Part shown: positions 21,300 through 32,936 of the stretch, in pieces
Layout of the letters: each line of letters begins with the position of its first letter
Numbering within the stretch: the stretch's first letter is position 1
From: an uncultured Prochlorococcus sp.
GTDB lineage: Bacteria > Cyanobacteriota > Cyanobacteriia > PCC-6307 > Cyanobiaceae
Assembly: GCA_902572595.1 (NCBI GenBank)
Contig: CACGGL010000001.1
Location: forward strand, 1,990-65,989
Reading direction: 5' to 3'
DNA: 64,000 nt
The notes under the pieces: generated by a model
Databases searched by the model: none
What the model saw: the letters and a program-made list of their open reading frames with translations, nothing else
Told to the model about the DNA's origin: nothing
Position numbers and translations under genes: made by a program

Positions 21300-23102
21300 A
21301 TGCGCGTGACAACCTCATTTCCTCTGGGGACACTTCGTGACACACCTTCTGAAGCTGAGATTATTTCACATCAATTACTCTTAAAAGCTGGGTATATTCG
21401 CAGAGTTAACAGCGGTATCTATGCATACATGCCACTAATGCTTAGAGTTATTGAAAAAATATCAGCAATAATAGAGAAAGAACTTAATAATATTGGTTGT
21501 ACAAAATTACTATTACCCCAACTTCATCCTGCAGATTTATGGAAAAAAAGTGAAAGGTGGGAAGGATATACCGCAGGTGAAGGAATAATGTTTAATCTCA
21601 AAGATAGGCAAGGTAAAGAATTTGGTTTAGCACCAACACACGAAGAGGTGATCACGAGTATTGCATCAGAGATCATTAACTCCTATAAGCAATTACCTCA
21701 ATGTTTTTACCAAATTCAGACAAAATTTAGAGATGAAATAAGGCCAAGATTTGGATTGATGAGAAGTAGAGAATTCATAATGAAAGATGGTTATTCTTTT
21801 CATTCTTCAGAAAACGATCTAGCTTCTTTCTATGAAAAGGTGGGCAATGCTTATGAAAATATTTTTAAATCTTGTGGACTACAGACAGTAGGGGTTGAAG
21901 CTGATAGTGGAGCAATTGGCGGTGCTTCATCTAAAGAATTTATGGTCACTGCTGATGCTGGGGAAGATTCCATTTTGTTCACTCAAAGTGGTTCTTATGC
22001 TGCAAATATCGAAAAAGCTGTTTCTCTACCCTCTCAACCTATTCCAATAAAAGATAATATTTCAGATTGGTTGGAAACACCTCATCAAAAAACAATCCTA
22101 GAAGTTTGCGATAATAATAATTTAGACCCAAGTCAGATTATTAAAGTAGTAATATTCCTTGCACAGTTCGAAGGTAAATTTAATGTCCCAATTCTTGCGT
22201 GCATAAGAGGCGATCAACACATTAATGAAGTAAAGCTTTTTAACTTAATCAATAAACTTCATCACTTCAATCTCCTTAATCTTAAAAAGATTGAAGACAA
22301 AAATATTATCGAAAAAAATCTAGTTGATTTACCTTTAGGTTTTATCGGGCCAGATTTAGATAATAAGACTATAAAAGCTAGTTCTAATTGGGAAAAAAAA
22401 TGGACAAGAATAATTGACCATTCTGCTAGTGACCTTTCAAAGTTTATAAGTGGTGGGAATAAAGTTAATTTCCATAAAGTTTTTCAAGAATTTTCTTTTG
22501 ATTCGAAAGACTATCTAGTTGGGGATATCAGGAATGCAAAAAAAGGAGATAAGATAAGTATTTATGATGATGAAGAACTTAAAGAAAAAAAAGGTATCGA
22601 GATTGGACATATTTTCCAACTAGGTCAGAAATATAGTGAAAAGTTAAATGCAAAGTTCTCTGATAAGGACGGGCAGTTAAAAAATTTATGGATGGGTTGT
22701 TACGGAATAGGAGTGACAAGAATAGCTCAAGCTGCTATTGAACAGAATCACGATCAAAAAGGAATTTGTTGGCCTATCCAGATTTCTCCTTTTGAAGTTA
22801 TTATTATCCCAACAAACTTAAAAGATCCTTTTCAAAGTGATCTTACTGAGCAAATCTATAACAACTTTTTAATTAATAAAATTGATGTCCTTCTTGATGA
22901 TAGAAACGATAGAGCTGGAGTAAAATTTAAAGATGCGGAATTAATTGGTATTCCTTTTCAGATAATTATTGGCAGAGATTCTATTAATAAAGAAGTAGAA
23001 CTTTTATGCAGAACAAATAATACTAAGCTTAAAATTAGTACTGATAAATTGTTAGAAACATTTATTTCCGAATCTAAAATAATGTACAATAAAAAGTCTT
23101 GA
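21300..23102 (+). CDS. proS: Proline--tRNA ligase (with editing insertion)
   Basis: PTHEE, QTKFRDEIRPRFGLMRSREF, EIGHIFQLG, MGCYGIG. Confidence 0.97.
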   Translation: MRVTTSFPLGTLRDTPSEAEIISHQLLLKAGYIRRVNSGIYAYMPLMLRVIEKISAIIEKELNNIGCTKLLLPQLHPADLWKKSERWEGYTAGEGIMFNLKDRQGKEFGLAPTHEEVITSIASEIINSYKQLPQCFYQIQTKFRDEIRPRFGLMRSREFIMKDGYSFHSSENDLASFYEKVGNAYENIFKSCGLQTVGVEADSGAIGGASSKEFMVTADAGEDSILFTQSGSYAANIEKAVSLPSQPIPIKDNISDWLETPHQKTILEVCDNNNLDPSQIIKVVIFLAQFEGKFNVPILACIRGDQHINEVKLFNLINKLHHFNLLNLKKIEDKNIIEKNLVDLPLGFIGPDLDNKTIKASSNWEKKWTRIIDHSASDLSKFISGGNKVNFHKVFQEFSFDSKDYLVGDIRNAKKGDKISIYDDEELKEKKGIEIGHIFQLGQKYSEKLNAKFSDKDGQLKNLWMGCYGIGVTRIAQAAIEQNHDQKGICWPIQISPFEVIIIPTNLKDPFQSDLTEQIYNNFLINKIDVLLDDRNDRAGVKFKDAELIGIPFQIIIGRDSINKEVELLCRTNNTKLKISTDKLLETFISESKIMYNKKS

Positions 23103-23128
23103 GGCTTATTTTTTTTGGGAGCTAAGTT

Positions 23129-23566
23129 ATGTTACTGAAATGGACATCAAAATTATTTTTTAAGAATCTTACCAAAGCTATATCTTTTGCAATATCCTTA
23201 ATTGTTGTTTTTACACTATTTAGTTCCCCTTCCATAGCTGCAAAAACGGCTATGACAGGGGACTACACAAAGGATACAATTTCAGTTGTTAAAACATTAC
23301 AAACAGCTGTTGATACTCCAAAAGATTCTCCAAATAAAGATGAAGTAAGAAGTGAGGCTCTTACACTCATAACTGACTATATTTCCAGATATAGAAATAG
23401 AGGGATGGTGAATAAAACTCAATCATTTACAACAATGCAAACAGCATTAAATGCTATGGCAGGTCATTACAAAAACTTTGCAAGTAGACCTTTACCAGAT
23501 AAACTTAAAGAGCGTTTAACCAAAGAATTTTCTCTTGCTGAAAAAATGGTTCTAAGAGAAAGTTGA
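23129..23566 (+). CDS. psb27: Photosystem II assembly protein Psb27
   Basis: GDYTKDT, DYISRYR, SFTTMQTALNAMAGHY, RPLP. Confidence 0.93.
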   Translation: MLLKWTSKLFFKNLTKAISFAISLIVVFTLFSSPSIAAKTAMTGDYTKDTISVVKTLQTAVDTPKDSPNKDEVRSEALTLITDYISRYRNRGMVNKTQSFTTMQTALNAMAGHYKNFASRPLPDKLKERLTKEFSLAEKMVLRES

Positions 23567-23593
23567 TACAATTCATTTACTTTTTAAAAGTAA

Positions 23594-24958
<1,365 letters not shown>

Positions 24959-24973
24959 TTTAATTCCAAATTA

Positions 24974-25975
24974 ATGAAGGGATCCTTTAGACATTTTGAA
25001 CATAAAAAAGTTGATCTCATTGGTTTGGGCAACGCAATAGTAGATATTATTGTAAATATTGAAGATGAGTTTCTTGAGATAAATAATCTGGATAAAGGAT
25101 CAATGAATCTAATTAATTTTGATGAATCTCAGAGATTGTTAGAAAATTGCAAAGTGATCAAACAAATTTCAGGTGGGTCCTCAGCAAATACCGTTGTTTC
25201 TTTAGCAGAATTAGGAAATAATGTGCAGTTTATAGGAAAAGTAAAAAATGATCAATTTGGGAATTTCTTTTCTGACGATATCAAAAAAAGTAAAACTATA
25301 TTTAATACTCCACCAACTATTGAAGGTGCTCCAACAGCTCATTCAATCATTTTGGTTACATCTGATGCACAAAGAACTATGTGCACTTACCTAGGAGCAT
25401 CTGTAGAGTTTGAACCAAAAGACATTGACTTTACTGTAATTAAGGAAAGTAAATACTTATATTTAGAAGGATATTTATGGGACAGCGAATTAGCTAAAAA
25501 AGCTTTTATTAAAGCCGCCCAAATTGCAAAACAATCTAATACAAAAATAATCCTTTCTTTGTCTGATTCATTTTGTGTAGAGAGACATCGTGAGAGTTTC
25601 TTGGAATTAATTTATGAATATGTAGATATTGTTTTTTGTAATGAATCCGAGGTGTTAAGTCTATTTAAAAATGATAAATTAGCGAGCTGCCAAGAAGACC
25701 TATCTTCCTTATGCGAATTAGTCATAGTAACTCTTGGGAGCAAAGGTTCTCTCGTAGTTAACAAAGATAATATTGAAATAATTGAGTCAATAACGAAAGG
25801 CAAGATTATTGATACTACAGGAGCGGGAGATATCTATGCTGGAGGATTTATCCATGGATTAATAAACAATTGTTCCCTCAAAAAATGCGGAGAGATAGCT
25901 TCAATTTGTGCGGGACAAATAATCACGCAATTAGGATCTAGATCAGATATTGATCTTAAAGAGTTAATAAAATAG
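24974..25975 (+). CDS. PfkB-family carbohydrate/adenosine kinase
   Basis: GGSSANT, RTMCTYLG, DTTGAGD. Confidence 0.88.
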   Translation: MKGSFRHFEHKKVDLIGLGNAIVDIIVNIEDEFLEINNLDKGSMNLINFDESQRLLENCKVIKQISGGSSANTVVSLAELGNNVQFIGKVKNDQFGNFFSDDIKKSKTIFNTPPTIEGAPTAHSIILVTSDAQRTMCTYLGASVEFEPKDIDFTVIKESKYLYLEGYLWDSELAKKAFIKAAQIAKQSNTKIILSLSDSFCVERHRESFLELIYEYVDIVFCNESEVLSLFKNDKLASCQEDLSSLCELVIVTLGSKGSLVVNKDNIEIIESITKGKIIDTTGAGDIYAGGFIHGLINNCSLKKCGEIASICAGQIITQLGSRSDIDLKELIK

Positions 25976-25981
25976 ATTTAA

Positions 25982-26287
25982 TCAAATAGACTCATTCAAC
26001 CAATCATAATATTGAATCTCAGCATGGTATTTTTTGTAAATAATTTGAGGGGCATCATATGTGGAATTTTTATTTACGAAATCAATTAAACAATCTTTAA
26101 ATTCTAGTTTACTTTTTATTGTAATTTCAAACTCTTTAGTTTCTTCAATATCATCATCCCACTTATAAATTGAAAAAATTTGCTTTATCGAAACACAAGC
26201 TGCAAGTTTATTTTGTATGAGTAATTTAGCCATTCGCAAAGCATTTGCGTTACTTGATTCAGTTGTGATCATAACTAATACTTTCAT
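25982..26287 (-). CDS. cutA: Divalent-cation tolerance protein CutA
   Basis: KLAACV..SIYKW..E..IKS..Y..P pattern. Confidence 0.88.
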   Translation of the reverse strand: MKVLVMITTESSNANALRMAKLLIQNKLAACVSIKQIFSIYKWDDDIEETKEFEITIKSKLEFKDCLIDFVNKNSTYDAPQIIYKKYHAEIQYYDWLNESI

Positions 26288-26300
26288 AATGAATTAAACA

Positions 26301-27098
26301 TCAATATTTTTTAATTATGTGATTTATCAAATTGTGATAATGATCAAAAGAGTAAGAATAATCATTTTTAACTTTCGGCCTTTTAACCAAAAATAACTTC
26401 ATTTTACTTCCAGAAACTATACTCTCCCAGTTTTTCTGAGAATAACTTCCAGATTCTCTGCATAAAACATAATCTATCTCCCAAAAATCACAAAGTTTTT
26501 TTTCTAAAATGCTTCTATTATTTTTACTTGGTTCAAGTATCGCTATATTTGAATTTTTAATACATGATCCAAAAGCTTTAGTTATACCTTCATAAGTTGG
26601 AAGTACCCTTGTAAATACATTTGCTTTACAATTCATATAATAATTAGCTGTATCGTTAAGGAATCTTGAGCCTATTGCAAGAAGAATATTCTTATTCTCA
26701 ATATCAACGTTATTTATATCCTTTAAATCATCAATATAAAAAAAATTATTAGTGTTATTTATTGAAGATTTCCTCTCAAATAGTAAAAGAGGTGTATTAA
26801 TCTTTTCACATGCATTATAAAGATTTTTAGAAATTATTACGGCAAACGGATGAGTAGCATCGACAACGCATGTAATTTTATTTTTATTTATGAAATTAAT
26901 TATTTGATCTTTATTATTTAATTTCCCCGTAATGATATGTAACTTTGGATTTTCAATATAAGCTTGCCCTGCTTTATAAGTTAAAACACTTGCAAAGACT
27001 GAATAATTAAGTTCAAGAAGCCTATTAGCTATTACAGGTCCATCCGAAGTTCCTGATAGGATCCAAACATTTTTATAGCAATTTCCTTGATTCTGCAT
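26301..27098 (-). CDS. cobK: Precorrin-6x / cobalt-precorrin-6A reductase
   Basis: GTSDG, VDATHPFA, RVLP, RESG, VKRP. Confidence 0.9.
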   Translation of the reverse strand: MQNQGNCYKNVWILSGTSDGPVIANRLLELNYSVFASVLTYKAGQAYIENPKLHIITGKLNNKDQIINFINKNKITCVVDATHPFAVIISKNLYNACEKINTPLLLFERKSSINNTNNFFYIDDLKDINNVDIENKNILLAIGSRFLNDTANYYMNCKANVFTRVLPTYEGITKAFGSCIKNSNIAILEPSKNNRSILEKKLCDFWEIDYVLCRESGSYSQKNWESIVSGSKMKLFLVKRPKVKNDYSYSFDHYHNLINHIIKKY

Positions 27099-27126
27099 CA
27101 GTATGTCTTTAATTAAATAGTAAGTA

Positions 27127-27552
27127 ATGAATCATTGTTTAATTCAGGCGGTCATTAATAGCGCTCCCCAAATGAGGTATACCAAAGAAAACCAAACTCC
27201 AATTGCAGAAATGATTGTTAATTTTAAAGGATTACGTAGTGAAGATCCAACCAGAGATCTCAAGATCATAGGATGGGGAAATATTGCCCAAGAAATGGTA
27301 GATGAATTAAAGGAGGGGCAAAATATTGTTATTGAGGGACGTCTAAAGATGAATTCTGTCACTAGAAAAGACGGAACTAAAGAAAAACAACCAGAACTAA
27401 CAGCTTCAAAAATTCATCAAATATCGCCAGTTGATGTTATTAAGTCTGATCAAAAAGAAAATAATGAGTCATTTGAAAAAAAAGAAATCACAAAAAATTC
27501 CAGTTGGGATAGTTCACCTTTAGTACCTGAAGTGGACGAAATACCTTTTTAA
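27127..27552 (+). CDS. ssb: Single-stranded DNA-binding protein
   Basis: OB fold (PQMRYT, WG, IEGRL); acidic tail VDEIPF. Confidence 0.88.
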   Translation: MNHCLIQAVINSAPQMRYTKENQTPIAEMIVNFKGLRSEDPTRDLKIIGWGNIAQEMVDELKEGQNIVIEGRLKMNSVTRKDGTKEKQPELTASKIHQISPVDVIKSDQKENNESFEKKEITKNSSWDSSPLVPEVDEIPF

Positions 27553-27553
27553 A

Positions 27554-27736
27554 TCAAATATCAACATTATTTTCTTGAACACTTATAATTAACTTGCTTA
27601 TTTTTCTTTCAAGCGCGGCAAGTTCGCTTCTGATTTCTGGCCATTTACCCTTATCAAGATTTTCTAGTAGCCATGCTCTATCTTGATCAAGTTTAAAAAT
27701 TAAATCTCCTTGATTTGCAGTATTAGGATCTTGCAT
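27554..27736 (-). CDS. Small helical hypothetical protein
   Basis: 60 aa ORF with ATG; fits exactly between ssb and the divergent gene. Confidence 0.65.
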   Translation of the reverse strand: MQDPNTANQGDLIFKLDQDRAWLLENLDKGKWPEIRSELAALERKISKLIISVQENNVDI

Positions 27737-27778
27737 AATACTTGTTAGCCCATTTAAAACTCATTCTACTAAATCAAA

Positions 27779-28309
27779 ATGAAGAAATACTTATCGCCTG
27801 GAAACTTAATCGTAACCGCTGGGGGTATATTGGCTTTTGTTGGAATGACTGCTTATTTTACAGACTCAGTGAATTTAAGTGTACCTACTTTTTTTTATGG
27901 AGTACCTATTTTCCTAATTGGCTTAGGCTTAAAGACTTCCGAAATACCTCCTGTAGAGTTATTTGACAAGACAAATTTTGAGACAAATAAATTTAATAGA
28001 CCAAAAGAACTAACAGCATTAGTTAAAGATGTTACAAGATGGAGGTATGGGATAAAAGCTCATCTTGAATCGTCATTAGAATCTTTAAATTTGTGGGACG
28101 AGGATAACCCCCCTCAATTAAAAGAAATAGAAGAAATTACAAAGGAAGAAAAAAATGGTCTCAGAATGCGTTTCGAATTAAACGCTGTCCCTCTAGAGAA
28201 ATGGATTGAAAAACAAGAAAGATTAAATAGGTTTTTCGTCAAAGGTCTTGAATCAGAATTTATTATCGACGATAATAAAAAAGAATTTGATTTTATTCTC
28301 TTTTATTGA
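27779..28309 (+). CDS. DUF2854-family membrane protein
   Basis: Two N-terminal TMs, FYGVPIFLIGLGLK, DVTRWRYG..HL; upstream of argB. Confidence 0.75.
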   Translation: MKKYLSPGNLIVTAGGILAFVGMTAYFTDSVNLSVPTFFYGVPIFLIGLGLKTSEIPPVELFDKTNFETNKFNRPKELTALVKDVTRWRYGIKAHLESSLESLNLWDEDNPPQLKEIEEITKEEKNGLRMRFELNAVPLEKWIEKQERLNRFFVKGLESEFIIDDNKKEFDFILFY

Positions 28310-28373
28310 ATATAGGGATATATTTGTAAAAACCAAATTTCTCAATTTAATCAAGTTTTAATGAATTTTAATA

Positions 28374-29225
28374 ATGAATGATTCTCAAAGAGTATCAATA
28401 TTAAGCGAAGCACTTCCATATATACAAAGTTTCTCAGGTAGAAAAATTGTTATCAAGTATGGTGGTTCTGTTATGGAGAATGATAATTTAAAAAATGCTT
28501 TTTTTAGAGACATTGCACTTTTATCAACCGTTGGGGTTTGTCCGATAGTAATTCATGGAGGTGGACCAGAGATTAATAATTGGTTAAAGAAATTAGAAAT
28601 ATCTCCTAAATTCGAAAATGGATTAAGAGTTACTGATCAAAAAACAATGGAAATTGTCGAGATGGTTCTTATGGGTAAAGTTAACAAACAAATTGTAAAA
28701 GGGATTAATAAAACTGGATCCTTAGCTGTGGGAATATCAGGTCTTGATGGCAACTTAATTCAATCTAGAGAACTAGGAGATGGTAGCCATGGGTTAGTGG
28801 GAGAGGTTACAAAAATCAATCCTGAAATATTAGATCCTCTTATTTCTAAAGGATACATCCCAATTATTTCTAGCATTGGATCAACCTTGGAGGGTATTTC
28901 CCATAACATTAATGCAGATTTTGTTGCTGGAGAAATTGCTGCTGCAATAAATGCAGAAAAACTTATTCTTCTTACTGATACTCAAGGGATTTTAAAAGAA
29001 AAAGATAACAAAAATAGTCTTGTTGAAAAAACTAATCTCAAAGAGGCAAGGGATTTTATTGAGAAAAAAATTGTGACTGAAGGTATGATTCCAAAGACAG
29101 AATGCTGTATAAGAGCTTTAGCCCAAGGAGTCAAAGCAGCTCACATAATTGATGGAAGAATAGAACATTCATTACTTCTTGAGATTTTTACAAATTCCGG
29201 AATAGGCACAATGATAGTCGCCTAA
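28374..29225 (+). CDS. argB: Acetylglutamate kinase
   Basis: VIKYGG, HGGGPEI, GLRVTD, NINAD, GMIPK. Confidence 0.96.
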   Translation: MNDSQRVSILSEALPYIQSFSGRKIVIKYGGSVMENDNLKNAFFRDIALLSTVGVCPIVIHGGGPEINNWLKKLEISPKFENGLRVTDQKTMEIVEMVLMGKVNKQIVKGINKTGSLAVGISGLDGNLIQSRELGDGSHGLVGEVTKINPEILDPLISKGYIPIISSIGSTLEGISHNINADFVAGEIAAAINAEKLILLTDTQGILKEKDNKNSLVEKTNLKEARDFIEKKIVTEGMIPKTECCIRALAQGVKAAHIIDGRIEHSLLLEIFTNSGIGTMIVA

Positions 29226-29228
29226 CCC

Positions 29229-30338
29229 ATGAAAACTTATCAGCAAGTTTTAGAAAAAGTAGAACTTGCTTTAGCTAAAGGTGAGTATCATTATTGCATT
29301 GAATTTCTTTTGCCCATAATCGAATCATTTCCTTTATCAATCAAAGAGGGAGTAAATTTAAGAACAATCTTAATTACTGCTCTATGTGGTATTAATAAAA
29401 GGGAGGAAGCTAAAAGGTTTTGTAAAGAACTTCTAAAATCTTACGATAATAAGACGAGAGAAAATGCAAAATATTTGATGGAAGTTATAGACTCTCCTGA
29501 AATTAAAAAGCCAGAAAATTGGAACGTACAGTTTGAAAGCGACCCATCACTCAATAAAAAATCTCTTAACTCACTGCGCAAAAAAAGAGAAGTATTGAAG
29601 AAAAAAAAATTTATTAATGTAACAGAGACACCAACTGGAGAAACAAAACCCTTTCAGAAAGGCTTTTCACTGATCATTTTTTTAATACTATTATTATTAA
29701 TTCCACTTTTAAGTGGCTGCGTAAAAATTGAGGATACCCTTGATCTTAGTGAACTTGATTCAATAACTAATAATTTAGTGATAGAGAGTAAATACATAAA
29801 GAAATTTCCTTGGCAATTAAAATTTGAAGAGAAAATGAAAGATATTTTTCCTGACGCAGAAATTGAACAAGACGAATCAACCTTTTCTTTGAAACATAAA
29901 AATCTCAATTTAGAGGATACAAAGCAAGTTTTTAAAATCACCCAAAATACAGCTGGAGAGTTAGCGGGAGAATCAACAAATATAGAAATTAATACTACTC
30001 AAAAAAACTTCATTTTTTTTAAAAAATACTTTTACAGGTTAGATTTGGATCTAAATTCTATTAAAGACATTGATAATTTAGAACTCATTTTCAAAATTAT
30101 TCACCCTAATAAAGCTATCCTTACCGATAAAAATAATTCAAATTTAGAAATCACAAAAAATCTAATAATTTGGGATTTAAATCAAGGGCAGATAAATAGT
30201 CTTGAATTTTCTTTTTGGAGCCTAAACAAACTCTTGATTGGGATATCTATTATTTTAATAATTATAATATTGGCTTATCTATTAAGATTCTATAGATTTA
30301 AATTAGGTTCAGATTTACCTCAACTTCCATCAAAGTAA
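29229..30338 (+). CDS. DUF3153-type membrane protein with TPR-like N-terminal domain and internal lipobox
   Basis: Helical N-terminal domain, TM ending LLSGC (Cys164), C-terminal TM and QLP tail. Confidence 0.7.
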   Translation: MKTYQQVLEKVELALAKGEYHYCIEFLLPIIESFPLSIKEGVNLRTILITALCGINKREEAKRFCKELLKSYDNKTRENAKYLMEVIDSPEIKKPENWNVQFESDPSLNKKSLNSLRKKREVLKKKKFINVTETPTGETKPFQKGFSLIIFLILLLLIPLLSGCVKIEDTLDLSELDSITNNLVIESKYIKKFPWQLKFEEKMKDIFPDAEIEQDESTFSLKHKNLNLEDTKQVFKITQNTAGELAGESTNIEINTTQKNFIFFKKYFYRLDLDLNSIKDIDNLELIFKIIHPNKAILTDKNNSNLEITKNLIIWDLNQGQINSLEFSFWSLNKLLIGISIILIIIILAYLLRFYRFKLGSDLPQLPSK

Positions 30339-32615
30339 TTACAACTCTGCTGGATTAACATCTATTGTTAAAAAAACATTTTTTGGAATAAGTTTCCATA
30401 ATATTGATCTATCAGGTAAAGGTATCTTTGTTCCTTCAGGGCCATGTATTAATATCTGCCATCTAAATTTGTTACCGACTTTAGCTATTAAACTAGGGGC
30501 AGGACCAATTAATTTCCAGTTCTTTTTCTCACAAAAACTGAGTAGATATTTTGCTAATTTTATTGCAATTGACTCAGTTAATTCATAATTTTCACCTGAT
30601 AATTTAAGTAGGCAAATTGTGCAAAATGGAAATAAATTACTATCCTTTCTCAATCTCGAGTTTTCAATTAAGAATCTTTCATAATCTCTTTTTTGAAGAT
30701 ACGAAATCACCGGGTGGTTAGGTTTATATGTTTGAAAAATTACTTTCCCTTTTTTTTGTGCCCTGCCGGCTCTTCCTGCTACTTGCAAAAATAATTGTAA
30801 TGATTTTTCTTCTGCTGAAATATCTGGGCGATGAAGCAACCCATCTGCTGCAATAACTACTGAAAGAGTAATATTGGGGATGTCAATACCTTTTGCCAAC
30901 ATCTGAGTACCGACAAGAATATCAGCATCACCTTTAGAAAACTTTGAAAGAATATCTCTATGACCATCCTTTCCTGAAGTTGTATCTCTATCAAAGCGAA
31001 GTACTCTTAAGTCAGGAAATTCTTCATTTAAAAACTCTATTACCCTTTGCGTACCAATTCCAAAAGGTTTGAAAGCAGTTGAATGACAATCTGGGCAACG
31101 ATTGATCAATCTTGATTTATGATCACACCAATGACACCTTAACCATTTTTTTCCTTGTGATCCGAGATGGACTGATAAAGGAACGTCACAGTTGGGGCAA
31201 TTTATTAAATATCCGCAATTTCTACAACTTAAAAATCCACTATGCCCCCTCCTAGGGATCAAAATTATTGCTTGCTCTTTTTTTAAGCGTAGTTGAGGAA
31301 GCGATTGTAATAATTCATTGGAAAAAATTTTCATATTTCCCTTCTTGAACTCATCCCGCATATCAATAATTTTTATTTCAGGAGTCTCATTACTGGATAT
31401 CCTTTGAATCATTCTTACCAATTTAAAATTCCTTTCAAAAATACACTTTTTCCAAGTCTTCATTGATGGGGTTGCACTCCCAAAAATTAACTTTGCAGAA
31501 TTCCTTTTTACTATTTCAATAGCAATCTCTCTTGCGTCATAGCAAGGCATAGGACTATCTTGCTTATAAGAAACATCATGTTCTTCATCCATTATTATTA
31601 ATCCCAGATTTTTGATTGGAAGAAAAACTGCCGACCTTGTACCTATTACTATTAAAGGTTCATTAGCGTTAATAATTTTCTTCCAAACTAAAGTTCTATG
31701 ATCGGGAGAGCAATTACTATGATATTCGTAAACGACATTATTAAATCGCCTACTAAACCTATCAATAAGTTGAGGAATTAATCCAATTTCTGGGGCTAGT
31801 ATCAAACAACTTTTTTTCTTAAGAAATTGATCTTCAGCAATTCTCATATAAACTTCTGTTTTACCTGAACCTGTTTCGCCCCAAAGAAGTAATACATCTC
31901 CTGGTTTCATTGTTTGAAATTCTTGAAATGCAATTTTTTGCTCATTTGTAAGATTTGGTTTTTTCGTTGCAATATGATCTTTTAAAAAGAAATTTAATTT
32001 ACTATTTATATTTTTTTTTCTTTTAGATTTAGCAAGATAATTTTTGCTGACCATTGAGTTAATTAGAGTGTAATTAAAACCAGACTTTATTAATTCACTT
32101 TGCCAATTACCTTTTTTAGATAAAGTATCCATTAAAAAAAATTCTTTTTTGGTTAAACCATTTTTCTTAATATCAAATTCTTTTTTAGTTTCAATCCATA
32201 TTTGATCTTTTAAACCTTCAGAGAAATTTTTATATTTACCAATCCAGCCAGGAGGAAATGCAGTTTTAAACATTTTTAAGTTACTAACCATATAAAAAGA
32301 GGCTAGGGAGTCTATCAATTCTCTCCAAGATTCATTAATTATTTTTTTCTGCAAAATACTTTCGACAAACAAATATCTTATGCTTTTTCCTCCAGTAATA
32401 TTTGATTCATCATTATTGATTGTCGAAAAGTCCTTTTTGGAGATCACCAACCCATTCAATAATCTCCCCCTTAGTCTCACACTTACAATATCTCCAACTT
32501 CTGCTCCAAGATTATTTCCATCTAAATAGTAAAAGCTTTCATTACTACTACCTATATCAAGCAAAATTTCCAATTTATAGGAGATATTTAATAACTGATT
32601 ACTTGCCGGCTTCAA
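30339..32615 (-). CDS. priA: Primosomal protein N'
   Basis: GETGSGKTE, GTRSAVF, DEEHD, SATPS, four CxxC pairs, QVAGRAGR. Confidence 0.96.
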   Translation of the reverse strand: MKPASNQLLNISYKLEILLDIGSSNESFYYLDGNNLGAEVGDIVSVRLRGRLLNGLVISKKDFSTINNDESNITGGKSIRYLFVESILQKKIINESWRELIDSLASFYMVSNLKMFKTAFPPGWIGKYKNFSEGLKDQIWIETKKEFDIKKNGLTKKEFFLMDTLSKKGNWQSELIKSGFNYTLINSMVSKNYLAKSKRKKNINSKLNFFLKDHIATKKPNLTNEQKIAFQEFQTMKPGDVLLLWGETGSGKTEVYMRIAEDQFLKKKSCLILAPEIGLIPQLIDRFSRRFNNVVYEYHSNCSPDHRTLVWKKIINANEPLIVIGTRSAVFLPIKNLGLIIMDEEHDVSYKQDSPMPCYDAREIAIEIVKRNSAKLIFGSATPSMKTWKKCIFERNFKLVRMIQRISSNETPEIKIIDMRDEFKKGNMKIFSNELLQSLPQLRLKKEQAIILIPRRGHSGFLSCRNCGYLINCPNCDVPLSVHLGSQGKKWLRCHWCDHKSRLINRCPDCHSTAFKPFGIGTQRVIEFLNEEFPDLRVLRFDRDTTSGKDGHRDILSKFSKGDADILVGTQMLAKGIDIPNITLSVVIAADGLLHRPDISAEEKSLQLFLQVAGRAGRAQKKGKVIFQTYKPNHPVISYLQKRDYERFLIENSRLRKDSNLFPFCTICLLKLSGENYELTESIAIKLAKYLLSFCEKKNWKLIGPAPSLIAKVGNKFRWQILIHGPEGTKIPLPDRSILWKLIPKNVFLTIDVNPAEL

Positions 32616-32923
32616 AACTTTTTCTTAGTATTGGATTGTTGAACATTCCACAAAGTGTTTTTTGCACATTGTAAGTATCCTGCTCTTAAGGGAGACATGA
32701 AGCTCTGATCATTGACTGAGAATTCAAAAATGATCTGCCTGTCTGAGAAATCCCAAGACTTTTTACTTTAGGTAATCTATAGCACTATTTAAATTTTTCA
32801 ACAATTTAGAAAACTTTTCTTATTCTCATTTTGTGAAAAAGTTTTTCAAACATTAAGTGGACTTTACTACTAAATGTTCAAATTAGCCCTAAATAAAATT
32901 TTATCTAGTTAAATTCACCGTAG

Positions 32924-32930
32924 AAAGGAG
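32924..32930 (+). promoter_or_regulatory. Shine-Dalgarno of rpoD
   Basis: AAAGGAG ending 6 nt before ATG 32937. Confidence 0.7.
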
Positions 32931-32936
32931 TCAATT

